DNA of 64,000 bases, taken from positions 176,486-240,485 of the forward strand of contig JAWVXD010000005.1 of NCBI GenBank assembly GCA_033723415.1, written 5' to 3'. Both the position numbers and the translations under genes were made by a program. The notes under the pieces are model-generated. The model was not told the origin of the DNA and searched no databases. It was given only the letters and a program-made list of their open reading frames with translations. The DNA is from Sulfurospirillaceae bacterium (lineage in GTDB: Bacteria; Campylobacterota; Campylobacteria; Campylobacterales; Sulfurospirillaceae). This document shows positions 52,801-61,679 of this stretch, one piece after another (position 1 is the first letter of the stretch; each line of letters opens with the position of its first letter).

Positions 52801-53666
52801 GCACTTAAAGTTCCATCTACAGAGGTCGTTCCACCATGAGCAAAGAGCACGATCTGTCCGTTTTGTGTATCTATGGAGTTTGCTTCTATGACTCCTGTGT
52901 TGTTTACCATACCATCGAGTACTGTACTAAGGGCTTGTGTTGTCAGGTAAACTTGTCCGCCGTCTGCTTTTATGATCCCTTTATTTTCGACTAGGGAGTT
53001 TAGGACTCCTTTATCTATAGTGAGTTTTACAAGAGAATTTCCATTGAGGTTTAGGGTTACTTTACTTGCCCCTGCTAGTTGGACATTTCCAAGAGTGGCG
53101 CTTATGAGTCCTTCATTGGAAACTGTTTTACCTGCCAAAACGCCATAACCGCCTGAGTTTATATGGATCGCTCCCATATTCAAGATGGAGTTGGTACTGG
53201 TACCGCTAAAAGTATAGTTTCCACTTTGAAAGTCTTTATCACTGATATTGAGCGTTGTTACTACCAAGCCTCCTACATTGACAGATGAGCCTTTGGAAAA
53301 GATGATACCGTTTGGATTTATGAGAAAGACTTGACCGTTTGCATTCATCGTTCCTTCTATCAAAGAGTTTGTGACTCCGACCACTCGGTTGAGTGTGATA
53401 GAAGATGCAGAGGGTTGTATAAAGTTTACTGTTTCAGTTGGAGCTACACTGAAGCTTTGCCAGTTGATGGAAGCTTTATTAGTGCTTTGGGTTATGGTCG
53501 TACTATTGGCGATCTTAGAGATCGTTGCGCTTCCCGTTGTCACGATGCCACCACTTGGAGCGGCACTAAGAAGCGAGGCACTACCGATCATAGCGCTGAT
53601 CACCAAAGCGATCTTGCCGCCTTTTAGGATTCTGAACCTCGATTTATAATCATGTGCCCTTTTCAT
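49806..53666 (-). CDS. TpsA filamentous-hemagglutinin-like exoprotein with GLUG repeats and MBG domain
   Basis: Extended signal SRFRILKGGKI; TPS domain (INWQSFS, LNRV, NGQVFLINPNG); many VGGLVG repeats; C-terminal VTAKDATKTYDG. Confidence 0.92.
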   Translation of the reverse strand: MKRAHDYKSRFRILKGGKIALVISAMIGSASLLSAAPSGGIVTTGSATISKIANSTTITQSTNKASINWQSFSVAPTETVNFIQPSASSITLNRVVGVTNSLIEGTMNANGQVFLINPNGIIFSKGSSVNVGGLVVTTLNISDKDFQSGNYTFSGTSTNSILNMGAIHINSGGYGVLAGKTVSNEGLISATLGNVQLAGASKVTLNLNGNSLVKLTIDKGVLNSLVENKGIIKADGGQVYLTTQALSTVLDGMVNNTGVIEANSIDTQNGQIVLFAHGGTTSVDGTLSAKDGAIETSGTDLSIAGTVDIKAKTWLLDPTDITIQSSGGTDLAGSSINAGTIATALNGGTNVTLQADNNINVNQTIDWTQSLLTLNAGNDIFINATLNATNTAGLSLLYAQITPTGTYNIHDPINLATTGSFSTKYKSTGSLIHYTIIDALGAQGSTTGTDLQGMRGNLSGKYVLGSNIDASATSSWSSGAGFVPIGNSSTRFTGIFDGLGHIINGLTIDRPSSSIQGLFGFTGIGSRIQNIGLVGGSVHGLDYIGGLVGYSYRSSIKNSYAMLNVIGREKVGGLVGLSSSTSITNSFATGNVSGTTSVGGLGGYVQDNVLNNTYATGKVSGTTYVGGLVGFANSSSNKIINSYAIGSVSGTTTVGGLVGYNIGTVSNSHWDIDTTGRSNGIGYGSSTGTTGVHSTTTTPDAFTQAAYTGFDFTNDWFMIDGQTRPFLRSEYSTTITNDHQLQLMAMDLGASYTLANDITYSGDMWSSRGFNPIGNQSSQFTGGFDGLGHTISNLFIDRGTTNFIGLFGFINSNLTIQNIGLKNVDITGQNYTGGLVGWNTLTINNSFTTGKVSGTSSVGGLVGSSENTIKNSYSTSNVEGNANNTGGLVGYNSRKIENSYATGNVSGRDYVGGLVGENGSASSEIINSYATGSVTTTNDYAGGLVGHSYGSITDSYATGHITSGRYYIGGLVAGNTNGVINNSYWDIDTTGTSVGFGSNSGTITNLIGVHSSTSTINAFTQSSYTGFDFTNNWILYEGHTRPLLRVFMTPLTVTAKDATKTYDGNVYSNPNGVTYSTTPNANLFGTPSYGTDKNVGTYTITPSGLYSNQQGYIISYGSGTLSITPAPLSVTLNNSLDKVALQPNPSLSGAYSINGCVQGDCSLEWGSAITNTTPMGTYAYTTPNMFTLNYGSDLASNYTTSWDYGSGLFLSIKEPTGFQGVVTPVKNGTAFYNQGVPTLTSGMTNMHHNLATHLFSNLPIRVIGEGIHLPAGLSHELYTINLQKGN

Positions 53667-53766
53667 ATTATTCTCCCAATGACTCTAATTTAGGAAATAA
53701 TATCTTAAGATTGCACCCCAATTGCTCGTTTTGAGACTTATTTTGTCTTATTTATAAAAATCGTCT

Positions 53767-55212
53767 CTATCTTATAGCTGAGAGGACTTGATACTCATGC
53801 AAAGCAAAGTCATCGGTCATACCGCTGATATAGTCTATGACGAGTCGTGTGCGATGATAAAACTCTAAGATATCACGGCTCTGTTCATCTTGTTCTTCTA
53901 AGGCTTTTATGTCATGACGATATGCTACGATTTGTTTGGAAGATATACGCTTGATCAGTCGCATCGCCACAAAGCATTCAATCTTCTCATCATGCAACAA
54001 TGCTTCAAAGTCTTCACGACTCAGTTCTAAAAGTGGTTTATAGATACCGAAAAGTCCATTGATTATCGCGTATCCTTGGAGTTCTAGCTGTTGTACTTCT
54101 TTGTTTTTGTAGATGTATTTGCTAGAGATATTTTGCAATATCTTGATCGCTTTGTAGTATTTACTTTTCTTGTCATACTCTAACAAGGCAGAGTTAAATT
54201 TACCCTCAAAAACCGCTTCATGATTATTGATGTAGATATCCACGACATGATACACCAAAGAAGTGACAAGCTTCGCCCTCACCAAAGTAAAAAACATATT
54301 GAACTGATAGGGTTCTTCATTTTTCTTTGCTTGTTCGTAGCGTTTTTGGATCACTTCCAAAAGATAATCCTCTCCCTCTTTTTCACACTCGGTCTTGATC
54401 AGATTATAAACCTCATCCAAACTCAAGATACCCTTCTCGACAGAATCTTCCAAATCTGCAGTCAAGTACGAGATGTCATCGGCTGCTTCCATGATATAGG
54501 TCAGAGGAAATCTACAGCCGTGTTGGATTTCAAGTTTGTTTTGGATCTCTTCAATCACATCTTTTTCACTATAGTAAAATCCCGGTTTTTTCATCACATA
54601 ATCAAAAGATTCACCTTTTTTAGGTCGCTCTTCATACGCACCGCGAGTATATTTTACGACTGCTGCTATCTGAGCATAAGAAAGATTTAGTCTTTGCAGC
54701 TTCGTAATCACGCGTATAGCTTGAGCATTGCCGTCATAGTTGCAGATATCTTTGGCTAACATCGCTTTGAGCTCTTGGGTCTCTTCAGAGCTTGCAGGTA
54801 GATTTCCAAATATCGGCATGACATTGTCTTTGATCCACTTGTTTATCGTCTCTTCGGCGAAGTGTCCAAAAGGCGGGTTGCCGATGTCATGAAGCAAACT
54901 CGTCATCTCGGCAGTTGAGACAAAAGCATTTTCAAGCGCTTCTAACCCATAAGCATACGAACCTTTTTCTTGTAACTTGGACAAGATACTCTTAGCGATA
55001 AAACGCGCTGTTTGTGAAACTTCCAAAGAGTGCGTCAGTCTGGTACGGATAGAAGCGTTGAGTTCTAGCGCAAACACCTGTGTACGTTTTTGAAGCCTGC
55101 GAAAAGCAGGAGCCGAAAGTATACGTCCACGGTCGCTTTCCACGGAAGCATCAAGATCATCTATAGGATAAAATGCTCTATCGGTTGTTAGTTTTTTATG
55201 GTAATCTATCAT
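53767..55212 (-). CDS. dgt: deoxyguanosinetriphosphate triphosphohydrolase (dGTPase)
   Basis: ESDRGRI, RRLQKRTQVF, RTRLTHSLEV, LLHDIGNPPFGH, DGNAQ, EAADDISY..DLED, DYISGMTD. Confidence 0.93.
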   Translation of the reverse strand: MIDYHKKLTTDRAFYPIDDLDASVESDRGRILSAPAFRRLQKRTQVFALELNASIRTRLTHSLEVSQTARFIAKSILSKLQEKGSYAYGLEALENAFVSTAEMTSLLHDIGNPPFGHFAEETINKWIKDNVMPIFGNLPASSEETQELKAMLAKDICNYDGNAQAIRVITKLQRLNLSYAQIAAVVKYTRGAYEERPKKGESFDYVMKKPGFYYSEKDVIEEIQNKLEIQHGCRFPLTYIMEAADDISYLTADLEDSVEKGILSLDEVYNLIKTECEKEGEDYLLEVIQKRYEQAKKNEEPYQFNMFFTLVRAKLVTSLVYHVVDIYINNHEAVFEGKFNSALLEYDKKSKYYKAIKILQNISSKYIYKNKEVQQLELQGYAIINGLFGIYKPLLELSREDFEALLHDEKIECFVAMRLIKRISSKQIVAYRHDIKALEEQDEQSRDILEFYHRTRLVIDYISGMTDDFALHEYQVLSAIR

Positions 55213-55358
55213 ATCCTGCCTCTTGCTATTTTATAGGATCGCCTATCGAAGTTTACATAGTCATTTTGCAATTATAACATTATCGTAGAGAGGATAAAAA
55301 TTTAAAATCTTCCTATAACAAAGATATTAGCTTTTGTCAAAAAATAGTATAATATCAA

Positions 55359-56558
55359 ATGGAAGCACATAACTTTTTCTTAATACTCTTCTTGATCTTG
55401 ATAGTCGCAAGGATATTTGGTGAACTTTTTGCCAGGCTCAATATCCCATCTGTTTTAGGGGAACTTTTTGCAGGCATCTTCCTAGGCTCATCTATTTTGG
55501 GTATCGTTCAACCAAATGAAATCTTGAAAATATTGGCTGAGATCGGGATCATATTGCTCTTGTTTGAAGTAGGCATAGAAACTGATTTTACACGTTTGAA
55601 ACATGCCGGAACCAACTCTTTCATCGTGGCTGTATTAGGTGTCATCTTGCCTTTTTGTTTTGGGATCTTAACTTCTTATTATCTTTTTGGATTAGCATTT
55701 GACATCTCTTTGTTTATCGGAGGAACACTGACCGCTACCAGTATAGGGATAACTCTTAGAGTTTTAAGAGATATCAAGATGGAAAATACGAATATAGCTC
55801 AAATCGTCATCGGGGCTGCTGTCATCGATGATATTATAGGGATCATATTGTTGGTCTTTATCTATGATTTTTCAATTTCGCATGAAGCAAATTTTACTCA
55901 TACGTTGTCTGTTACCGGGATGATTTTATTGTTTTTGATCTTGGCTCCTATATTTGCCAAGACACTCTCTTTTCTTATACATAAGTTCCATGGAAGAGAA
56001 CTGGTGCCAGGATATATCCCTACTATAATTATCTCGCTTATTTTGCTTCTGTCATATCTTTCACATTTAGTAGGAGCACCGGCGATCTTAGGCTCTTTTG
56101 CAGCGGGGATAGCGCTTTCTAGAAGATTTTTTCTACCGTTTGGTTCATTCTTGGGTACAAATGAGTTATTGCTTGATGATGTGAAAAAAAATATGACGCC
56201 GATTATTCAGATATTTACGCCTATCTTCTTTGTCATGGTCGGTCTGTCTATGAATCTGAGAGTCATAGATTTTACTTCCACTTCCTTTTGGATCATGGGG
56301 CTGTCATTTATCTCCATCGCTTTTATAACAAAATTTTTAGGTGCTTTTCTCATAATTCAAAAATGTGCAAGGAACAATGCTCTTATAGGCATATCAATGA
56401 TACCTAGAGGTGAAGTCGGACTTATATTTGCCGAGATGGGCAGAGTAAGCGGGATACTACCAAACGAGATATATGCGATGCTAATATTTGTCATCATCAT
56501 CACGACTATCGTACCACCGTTTTTACTCAAAAGGTACTTTAAAGGCGAATGTGTCTAG
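55359..56558 (+). CDS. CPA2/NapA-type cation:proton antiporter
   Basis: About 12 TM; PSVLGEL, LFEVGIETD, TATSIGIT, AVIDDI, MIPRGEV. Confidence 0.9.
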   Translation: MEAHNFFLILFLILIVARIFGELFARLNIPSVLGELFAGIFLGSSILGIVQPNEILKILAEIGIILLLFEVGIETDFTRLKHAGTNSFIVAVLGVILPFCFGILTSYYLFGLAFDISLFIGGTLTATSIGITLRVLRDIKMENTNIAQIVIGAAVIDDIIGIILLVFIYDFSISHEANFTHTLSVTGMILLFLILAPIFAKTLSFLIHKFHGRELVPGYIPTIIISLILLLSYLSHLVGAPAILGSFAAGIALSRRFFLPFGSFLGTNELLLDDVKKNMTPIIQIFTPIFFVMVGLSMNLRVIDFTSTSFWIMGLSFISIAFITKFLGAFLIIQKCARNNALIGISMIPRGEVGLIFAEMGRVSGILPNEIYAMLIFVIIITTIVPPFLLKRYFKGECV

Positions 56559-56593
56559 TTTGTAATAGACACATTTTATAAAAAGGCGGTATT

Positions 56594-57172
56594 ATGAAAA
56601 AAGATATATTGGATCGTTACGAGCGTAACGAAGATGGAGAAGTCATCATCGACATTGCTGCGGAAGAAATCAAAGATTTATATGATGATTTCGACAAACG
56701 CTCACCTTTTTTAAAAAAAGATTTGGATCAAAACTTAGTCGAATACATGATAGACAGCGTAAAAGAGATAGAAAATGAGAAGTTTATTATTCGGTTTGAC
56801 TTAGAAACGTACACGGATGAGGAGTCTATATCCAGAGTCAAAAATAGTATCAATAAATTTTTCGTGTATATGCAGGAATTGGAATCAAGAAAGATGCATG
56901 ATATGATGAGAACGTCATCTATCCTTTTTTTCGTAGGATTGGTTATCGTAGTGATTTCGGTATTGATGAATCAAAGCTATTTAGTCAAAACTAGCATAAT
57001 AGCCGTTGTCGTTGCAGAAGGTCTGACCGTGGCGGCATGGGTATCGTTATGGGAAGCATTGGCAACTATACTCATAAAATGGATACCGCACAAAAAAAAG
57101 ATCACCCTGTATAAACGCATAGCAAATGCAAAAGTTGAATTTAATTTTAGCAAAAAAGCTGTTCACGCTTAG
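56594..57172 (+). CDS. hypothetical protein with C-terminal 2-TM hairpin
   Basis: 192 aa; AAGGCGG SD; soluble N-terminus (LYDDFD..P..KKDLD) then two TM ending EGLTVAAWVSLWE. Confidence 0.75.
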   Translation: MKKDILDRYERNEDGEVIIDIAAEEIKDLYDDFDKRSPFLKKDLDQNLVEYMIDSVKEIENEKFIIRFDLETYTDEESISRVKNSINKFFVYMQELESRKMHDMMRTSSILFFVGLVIVVISVLMNQSYLVKTSIIAVVVAEGLTVAAWVSLWEALATILIKWIPHKKKITLYKRIANAKVEFNFSKKAVHA

Positions 57173-57243
57173 ATATATCGTATTTTAGATACAATACAAT
57201 AAAAAGTACCTCTTGATAACCCAATCCATAAGGAAATATATTT

Positions 57244-58560
57244 ATGTCGTTTGAAAAACTAGGCTTAGTGCCACAATTATTAACAGCTATCGGTGAGTTA
57301 GGCTATACAAAACCAACACCGGTACAAAAAAAAGTCATCCCTTTGGTCTTAGAGGGAAAAGATGTGATGGCTACAGCACAAACAGGTACAGGAAAGACTG
57401 CTGCATACGCACTTCCTATCTTGCAATTATTGGCTAAAAAAGAGATAAAAGAGCAAACAAAAAGAGTAGTAAGAGCACTTGTTTTGGTGCCGACTAGGGA
57501 ACTTGCAGTGCAAGTTGAAAATAGTATCAAAGCATATGGTAAAAACTTTGCATTAGAGAGTTGCGCTGTTTATGGCGGTGCTAAATTTACTCCACAGACT
57601 AGGAAACTCTCCCATGGTATTGATATCTTGGTAGCAACCCCTGGACGTTTGCTGGAGCATATCCAACAAGAAAATCTCAATCTTTCAAAAGTTGAAATAG
57701 TCGTTTATGATGAAGCAGACAGGATTTTGGATATGGGGTTTTGGGACGAGGTCGAGATGCTATCCTCCATGATCTCTAAAAAACGCCAGACTCTGCTTTT
57801 TTCTGTTGAACTGAACAAAGCAGTTCAGAGATTTTCTGAGCTTTCTTTGATAAAACCAGTCAAGATCGAGATAAACAATCAAGGCGATCTGGCAAAAAAA
57901 GTCAAACAGACCATCTACGTATGCGATCAGGATAGAAAAGCAGCACTGTTATCGTACATGATAGGTTCACGCAACTGGCATCAAGTATTGGTTTTCACAA
58001 AAACCAAACAAAGTGCAGATGAAGTGGGAGAGTATTTGGAAAAAAGTGGTTTACAAACACTGATCTTGCATGGCGACAAAGCCCACTCCAAGCGTACCAA
58101 AGCACTAAAAGACTTTAAAGCCGGAAACATTCGTGTTCTTGTGGCGACAGATATCGCCTCTCGGGGTCTGGATATAGAGGAACTCCCTCATGTCATCAAC
58201 TATGAACTTCCAGGAGATGCAGAAGATTACATCCATCGTATCGGTAGAACAGGACGTGCAGGCAATGAAGGCGAGGCTATATCGCTAGTCTGTAAAGCAG
58301 AAAAAAGTGTTTTAAAAAATATCGAGAGACTACTCAAATATGGACTTAAAGTAGAATTTTTTGAAGGCTTTGAACCAAAAGACTGGGTCGAAAAAGAAGC
58401 CAGAAAAAACACGATCCAAGGTAAGATCGAGCGAAGTGCTGAAAAAAGAAGCAAGACCGCGAACAATGTCGTAGGGATGAGAAAGAAAAAAGCAAACGAT
58501 CGAAACGCCAAGAAAAAAGCAACTGTTAAAACAAGAAAAGAGAAAAAAGGCAAAAGATAA
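57244..58560 (+). CDS. DEAD-box RNA helicase (RhlE-like)
   Basis: Q motif, AQTGTGKT, PTRELA, TPGRL, DEAD, TDIASRGLD, HRIGRTGRAG; basic tail. Confidence 0.92.
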   Translation: MSFEKLGLVPQLLTAIGELGYTKPTPVQKKVIPLVLEGKDVMATAQTGTGKTAAYALPILQLLAKKEIKEQTKRVVRALVLVPTRELAVQVENSIKAYGKNFALESCAVYGGAKFTPQTRKLSHGIDILVATPGRLLEHIQQENLNLSKVEIVVYDEADRILDMGFWDEVEMLSSMISKKRQTLLFSVELNKAVQRFSELSLIKPVKIEINNQGDLAKKVKQTIYVCDQDRKAALLSYMIGSRNWHQVLVFTKTKQSADEVGEYLEKSGLQTLILHGDKAHSKRTKALKDFKAGNIRVLVATDIASRGLDIEELPHVINYELPGDAEDYIHRIGRTGRAGNEGEAISLVCKAEKSVLKNIERLLKYGLKVEFFEGFEPKDWVEKEARKNTIQGKIERSAEKRSKTANNVVGMRKKKANDRNAKKKATVKTRKEKKGKR

Positions 58561-58567
58561 AACTATG

Positions 58568-58594
58568 TAAGAGAGAGGGAAATTCTCTCTCTTA
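58568..58594. terminator. hairpin between convergent genes, probable bidirectional terminator
   Basis: TAAGAGAGAG...CTCTCTCTTA perfect 10-bp inverted repeat. Confidence 0.7.
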
Positions 58595-58623
58595 TCACTC
58601 TTCAAAAATTTAACTTCTATATA

Positions 58624-60018
58624 TCATAATTTCTTCCCGTTTATCGTCACTTTGGAATTTTCAGAGACTACATGAAACGTCAGATCATCACCTTTTTTTT
58701 CGGCGTATTTCTTGAAACGGTTTACTAAGCGTGGATTTATGATGGCAAACTGATCCATATCATGCTGTTTAAGCGTGATATCTGCAGTCATAGAAACAAA
58801 CTTGTCTATTTCAGACGGCTTTGAATGGCGACCAAGATCATTTGGTGCCACTTTGATATTTGTTTTAACATTGATCGATTTAAATGTAAACATAGAATAT
58901 GCCATATCTGTTAGTGCTCCGTCCACTTCTAGATTAAAACCCTTATTTGCAACTTTTTGCAAATCACTGTTAAAACTCGCTCTATCGTGTTTTAGCTTTG
59001 AGAGCATCAAAATTCTATAGGATTTGGCGAACGTTTTCAATGCCTGCGTATCTAGGTCATCAAAAGCGATTTTGAAATCTAAATTTCCAAGCTTGAAAGG
59101 TTGTCTTGAAGTAGTATAGTTGATGTTGTCTATCTTATAGTTTGCCATAAAATTAGTTTTATCTTTGGTAGAAGCTATATTGCTGTCTACATCAAAATTT
59201 TCTAAAGACAAGTTCATAAAAAGTCTATCATCTATCTTGAAAACAAAATTTTTCAATCTCATGCTAGACGTCTGATTTAGCATATCATCATATTTATATT
59301 TATAGTTTAAATCCTTCAACTGCATCATGATAGCATCAGTGTTTGAAGATGCTTTTTTGCTCGTGATATATTCTTCCTTCAATCGGTATTCTCCACTGTT
59401 TTTATCCAAGACTATCAGCTGATTTCCGATTATCTTGATGTGGTTTTCTCTCTTTTTCGCACCCGATGTAAACTTTTCGTCAAAATTTCTCATAGCTATC
59501 CGCTCGATCGAACCGTCTTTATTGAAAATGACTTTAAATGCGATCAGCCCATGTTCTAACCATGGAAGCACAACCGAAGATATCGAAGGATCTTTTTTTA
59601 TATTTTGCATCAAATCTGTAGACAACTCTTTTAAAACTAACCGTAAATTTGGCTTATTTAGCATCAGATTATCTACCGTGATAAAACCTGAAAACTTAGT
59701 GCCCTCCAAGTTCTTTACTATATTTGCCTGTTCTTTTTTAAAATACTTCTCTATCGAATCCTGATAAAGAGGATAGACATCTATCAGACTTTTTTTCATC
59801 GCATTTGCTATTGCTTGTCCGTCTTTAAATGTTAGATCAAATTTTCTGATACTGACAAAATAACCTTGTTTCATGTCGATGCTAAGCTCAATCCCTTTTG
59901 CATTTAACATGGTTTTCTCTTGAGCGATTCTTTGCTCTACGATATGGTTTTCATACGCCGGAAACGCCAAGATGCCCACAACGATGATGAGAATAAAAAA
60001 GATGATCTTTTTATTCAT
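58624..60018 (-). CDS. membrane-anchored periplasmic protein, possibly YdgA/DUF945-like
   Basis: N-terminal TM, GYFVS motif, beta-rich body, C-terminal VTINGKKL. Confidence 0.55.
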   Translation of the reverse strand: MNKKIIFFILIIVVGILAFPAYENHIVEQRIAQEKTMLNAKGIELSIDMKQGYFVSIRKFDLTFKDGQAIANAMKKSLIDVYPLYQDSIEKYFKKEQANIVKNLEGTKFSGFITVDNLMLNKPNLRLVLKELSTDLMQNIKKDPSISSVVLPWLEHGLIAFKVIFNKDGSIERIAMRNFDEKFTSGAKKRENHIKIIGNQLIVLDKNSGEYRLKEEYITSKKASSNTDAIMMQLKDLNYKYKYDDMLNQTSSMRLKNFVFKIDDRLFMNLSLENFDVDSNIASTKDKTNFMANYKIDNINYTTSRQPFKLGNLDFKIAFDDLDTQALKTFAKSYRILMLSKLKHDRASFNSDLQKVANKGFNLEVDGALTDMAYSMFTFKSINVKTNIKVAPNDLGRHSKPSEIDKFVSMTADITLKQHDMDQFAIINPRLVNRFKKYAEKKGDDLTFHVVSENSKVTINGKKL

Positions 60019-60197
60019 ATTTTTCCTTTTTATGTAAACTTGTAATTTGCACTGATTTTGTCTATTTTATAGAAAGATACCCACTGATCGCAAATCTACG
60101 ATTGCTATTTTTATATTTACCTAATCTTTTATAATTATAACATTATAATACAATCGAAGAGAAACACCTTAATCGTCGTTGCTTGTTTCACTAGCAT

Positions 60198-61679
60198 TTA
60201 CTTAGCTTCTTTTAATTTCCCCAACACTTTCACCATCGCTAGAGTATCTAGTTCGCAGTATTTTAGCAGCTGTTCTCGTACTTTTTTTTGCTCTTGTTCG
60301 CTCTTGTCATGTAGTGATGCAAAGGCGTTCATGGCGTCGCTGCCATTTTGGATGCACTCTAGTTGTTTGTAGGCTTGCTCCATCTGTGGGACGAGTGCGG
60401 GCAAGACGTACTTGATCGAGTAGCTTCCTTGCATGGCAGGCATGGCGTAGTGTCCTTTTTGAAACGGTATCATCAAGTCTTTGATATTGTCATGTAGGTG
60501 CATCAGATTTTCTGACAAGTCTTGAAACTGCTTGGCTAGTGCGGCGATCACTCTCTTTTCAAAGCTCATGTTGTAGGCTAGCACATCGACATGAGGCGGT
60601 ATGTCTGCCACGAGTCGCTCTGCCAAAGCGCGTCTTGGGTCACTTCCTGATTTTGCCAAAAATTCCAAGTGTTCCAAAGTGCCGTTTTCTTGTTCTACAT
60701 GTAGTGAGTACTGAAACGGTATCTGTTGGTAGGGGCTGACGCCTTCCCACTCAGGCACGGCTTGTTGAAACGTCTCAAAATCCAGATGATAGAGCGGATA
60801 GCTCAGCGTTTCCAAAAACTCGGCGATCGCATCATGATCGATGAACGTGTGCTGTTTTTTCCAGTTTTCGACTTTTTGCCACTGTGTGGGAGTCATCGCA
60901 AAATCATCGGGGATGTCTTCTATCTTGATGATGTTTTGAGCGTAAAGCTCTTGTTGTTTTTTGCTGCCAAGATTGAAGATGTTAAAGATGCTGTACTCTG
61001 GGATATGGCGCTGAACTCTCCAACAGTAAGCCTTCGCATCGCACTCGTAGGGATCATTGCACTGTTTGCCGATGTCGATGTCCGGTTCATGGACTCTGTC
61101 GCTCAGGTACATTTCAAATTCTTCCAACTTTTCAGGGATAGAGGCTTGCAAGTCTCGCACCTCATCACTCACATCAACCACCACAAAAAGCTTCTCCAAC
61201 TCTAGCGCTTCACCCCTGACATAGCTTGAGTTTATGTGCACTACATGACAAGCACGAACCTCATAGCCCAACGCTCCCAAAACATAAAGCTGGATGGAGA
61301 CATCATGTAGATAGATCGGCTTCACATCGGTCGAACTCTTCACTTCATAAAGCTCCAAGCCCTGAAGCGTTTGGCGCAAGATGTCCACCATCACCACGAT
61401 ACCATCATATATAAACGTCGCCTCGTAGATGTTCTCAACGCCTTCTTCCAAGTACTCTTTGGTCAGCTTCGCCATGCTTTTAAAATCCCGTGCATCAAAA
61501 GGAATCTCACGACCACCGGGGAACAACTCACACGCCAAATCCCCCACGACATTGCCCGTCTCAAACCGAGCAAGCGCACTGGCATCAGGCGGTGTCAAAA
61601 CCTCTGGTTTGTACTTTTTCAGCCATAGAGATTTTGGGCATTGTATGGCGCGAGTGTAGAGGGATTTTGAGAGGGTCAT
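60198..61679 (-). CDS. DUF2779-type protein: Cas4-like PD-(D/E)xK nuclease plus DEDD exonuclease-like domain
   Basis: QCPK, YEATF, VDIL, YEVKSS, C...YEC...YC; then LDFET, AYNMSFE, KDL, SYSIKYVLP, YCELDT. Confidence 0.8.
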   Translation of the reverse strand: MTLSKSLYTRAIQCPKSLWLKKYKPEVLTPPDASALARFETGNVVGDLACELFPGGREIPFDARDFKSMAKLTKEYLEEGVENIYEATFIYDGIVVMVDILRQTLQGLELYEVKSSTDVKPIYLHDVSIQLYVLGALGYEVRACHVVHINSSYVRGEALELEKLFVVVDVSDEVRDLQASIPEKLEEFEMYLSDRVHEPDIDIGKQCNDPYECDAKAYCWRVQRHIPEYSIFNIFNLGSKKQQELYAQNIIKIEDIPDDFAMTPTQWQKVENWKKQHTFIDHDAIAEFLETLSYPLYHLDFETFQQAVPEWEGVSPYQQIPFQYSLHVEQENGTLEHLEFLAKSGSDPRRALAERLVADIPPHVDVLAYNMSFEKRVIAALAKQFQDLSENLMHLHDNIKDLMIPFQKGHYAMPAMQGSYSIKYVLPALVPQMEQAYKQLECIQNGSDAMNAFASLHDKSEQEQKKVREQLLKYCELDTLAMVKVLGKLKEAK

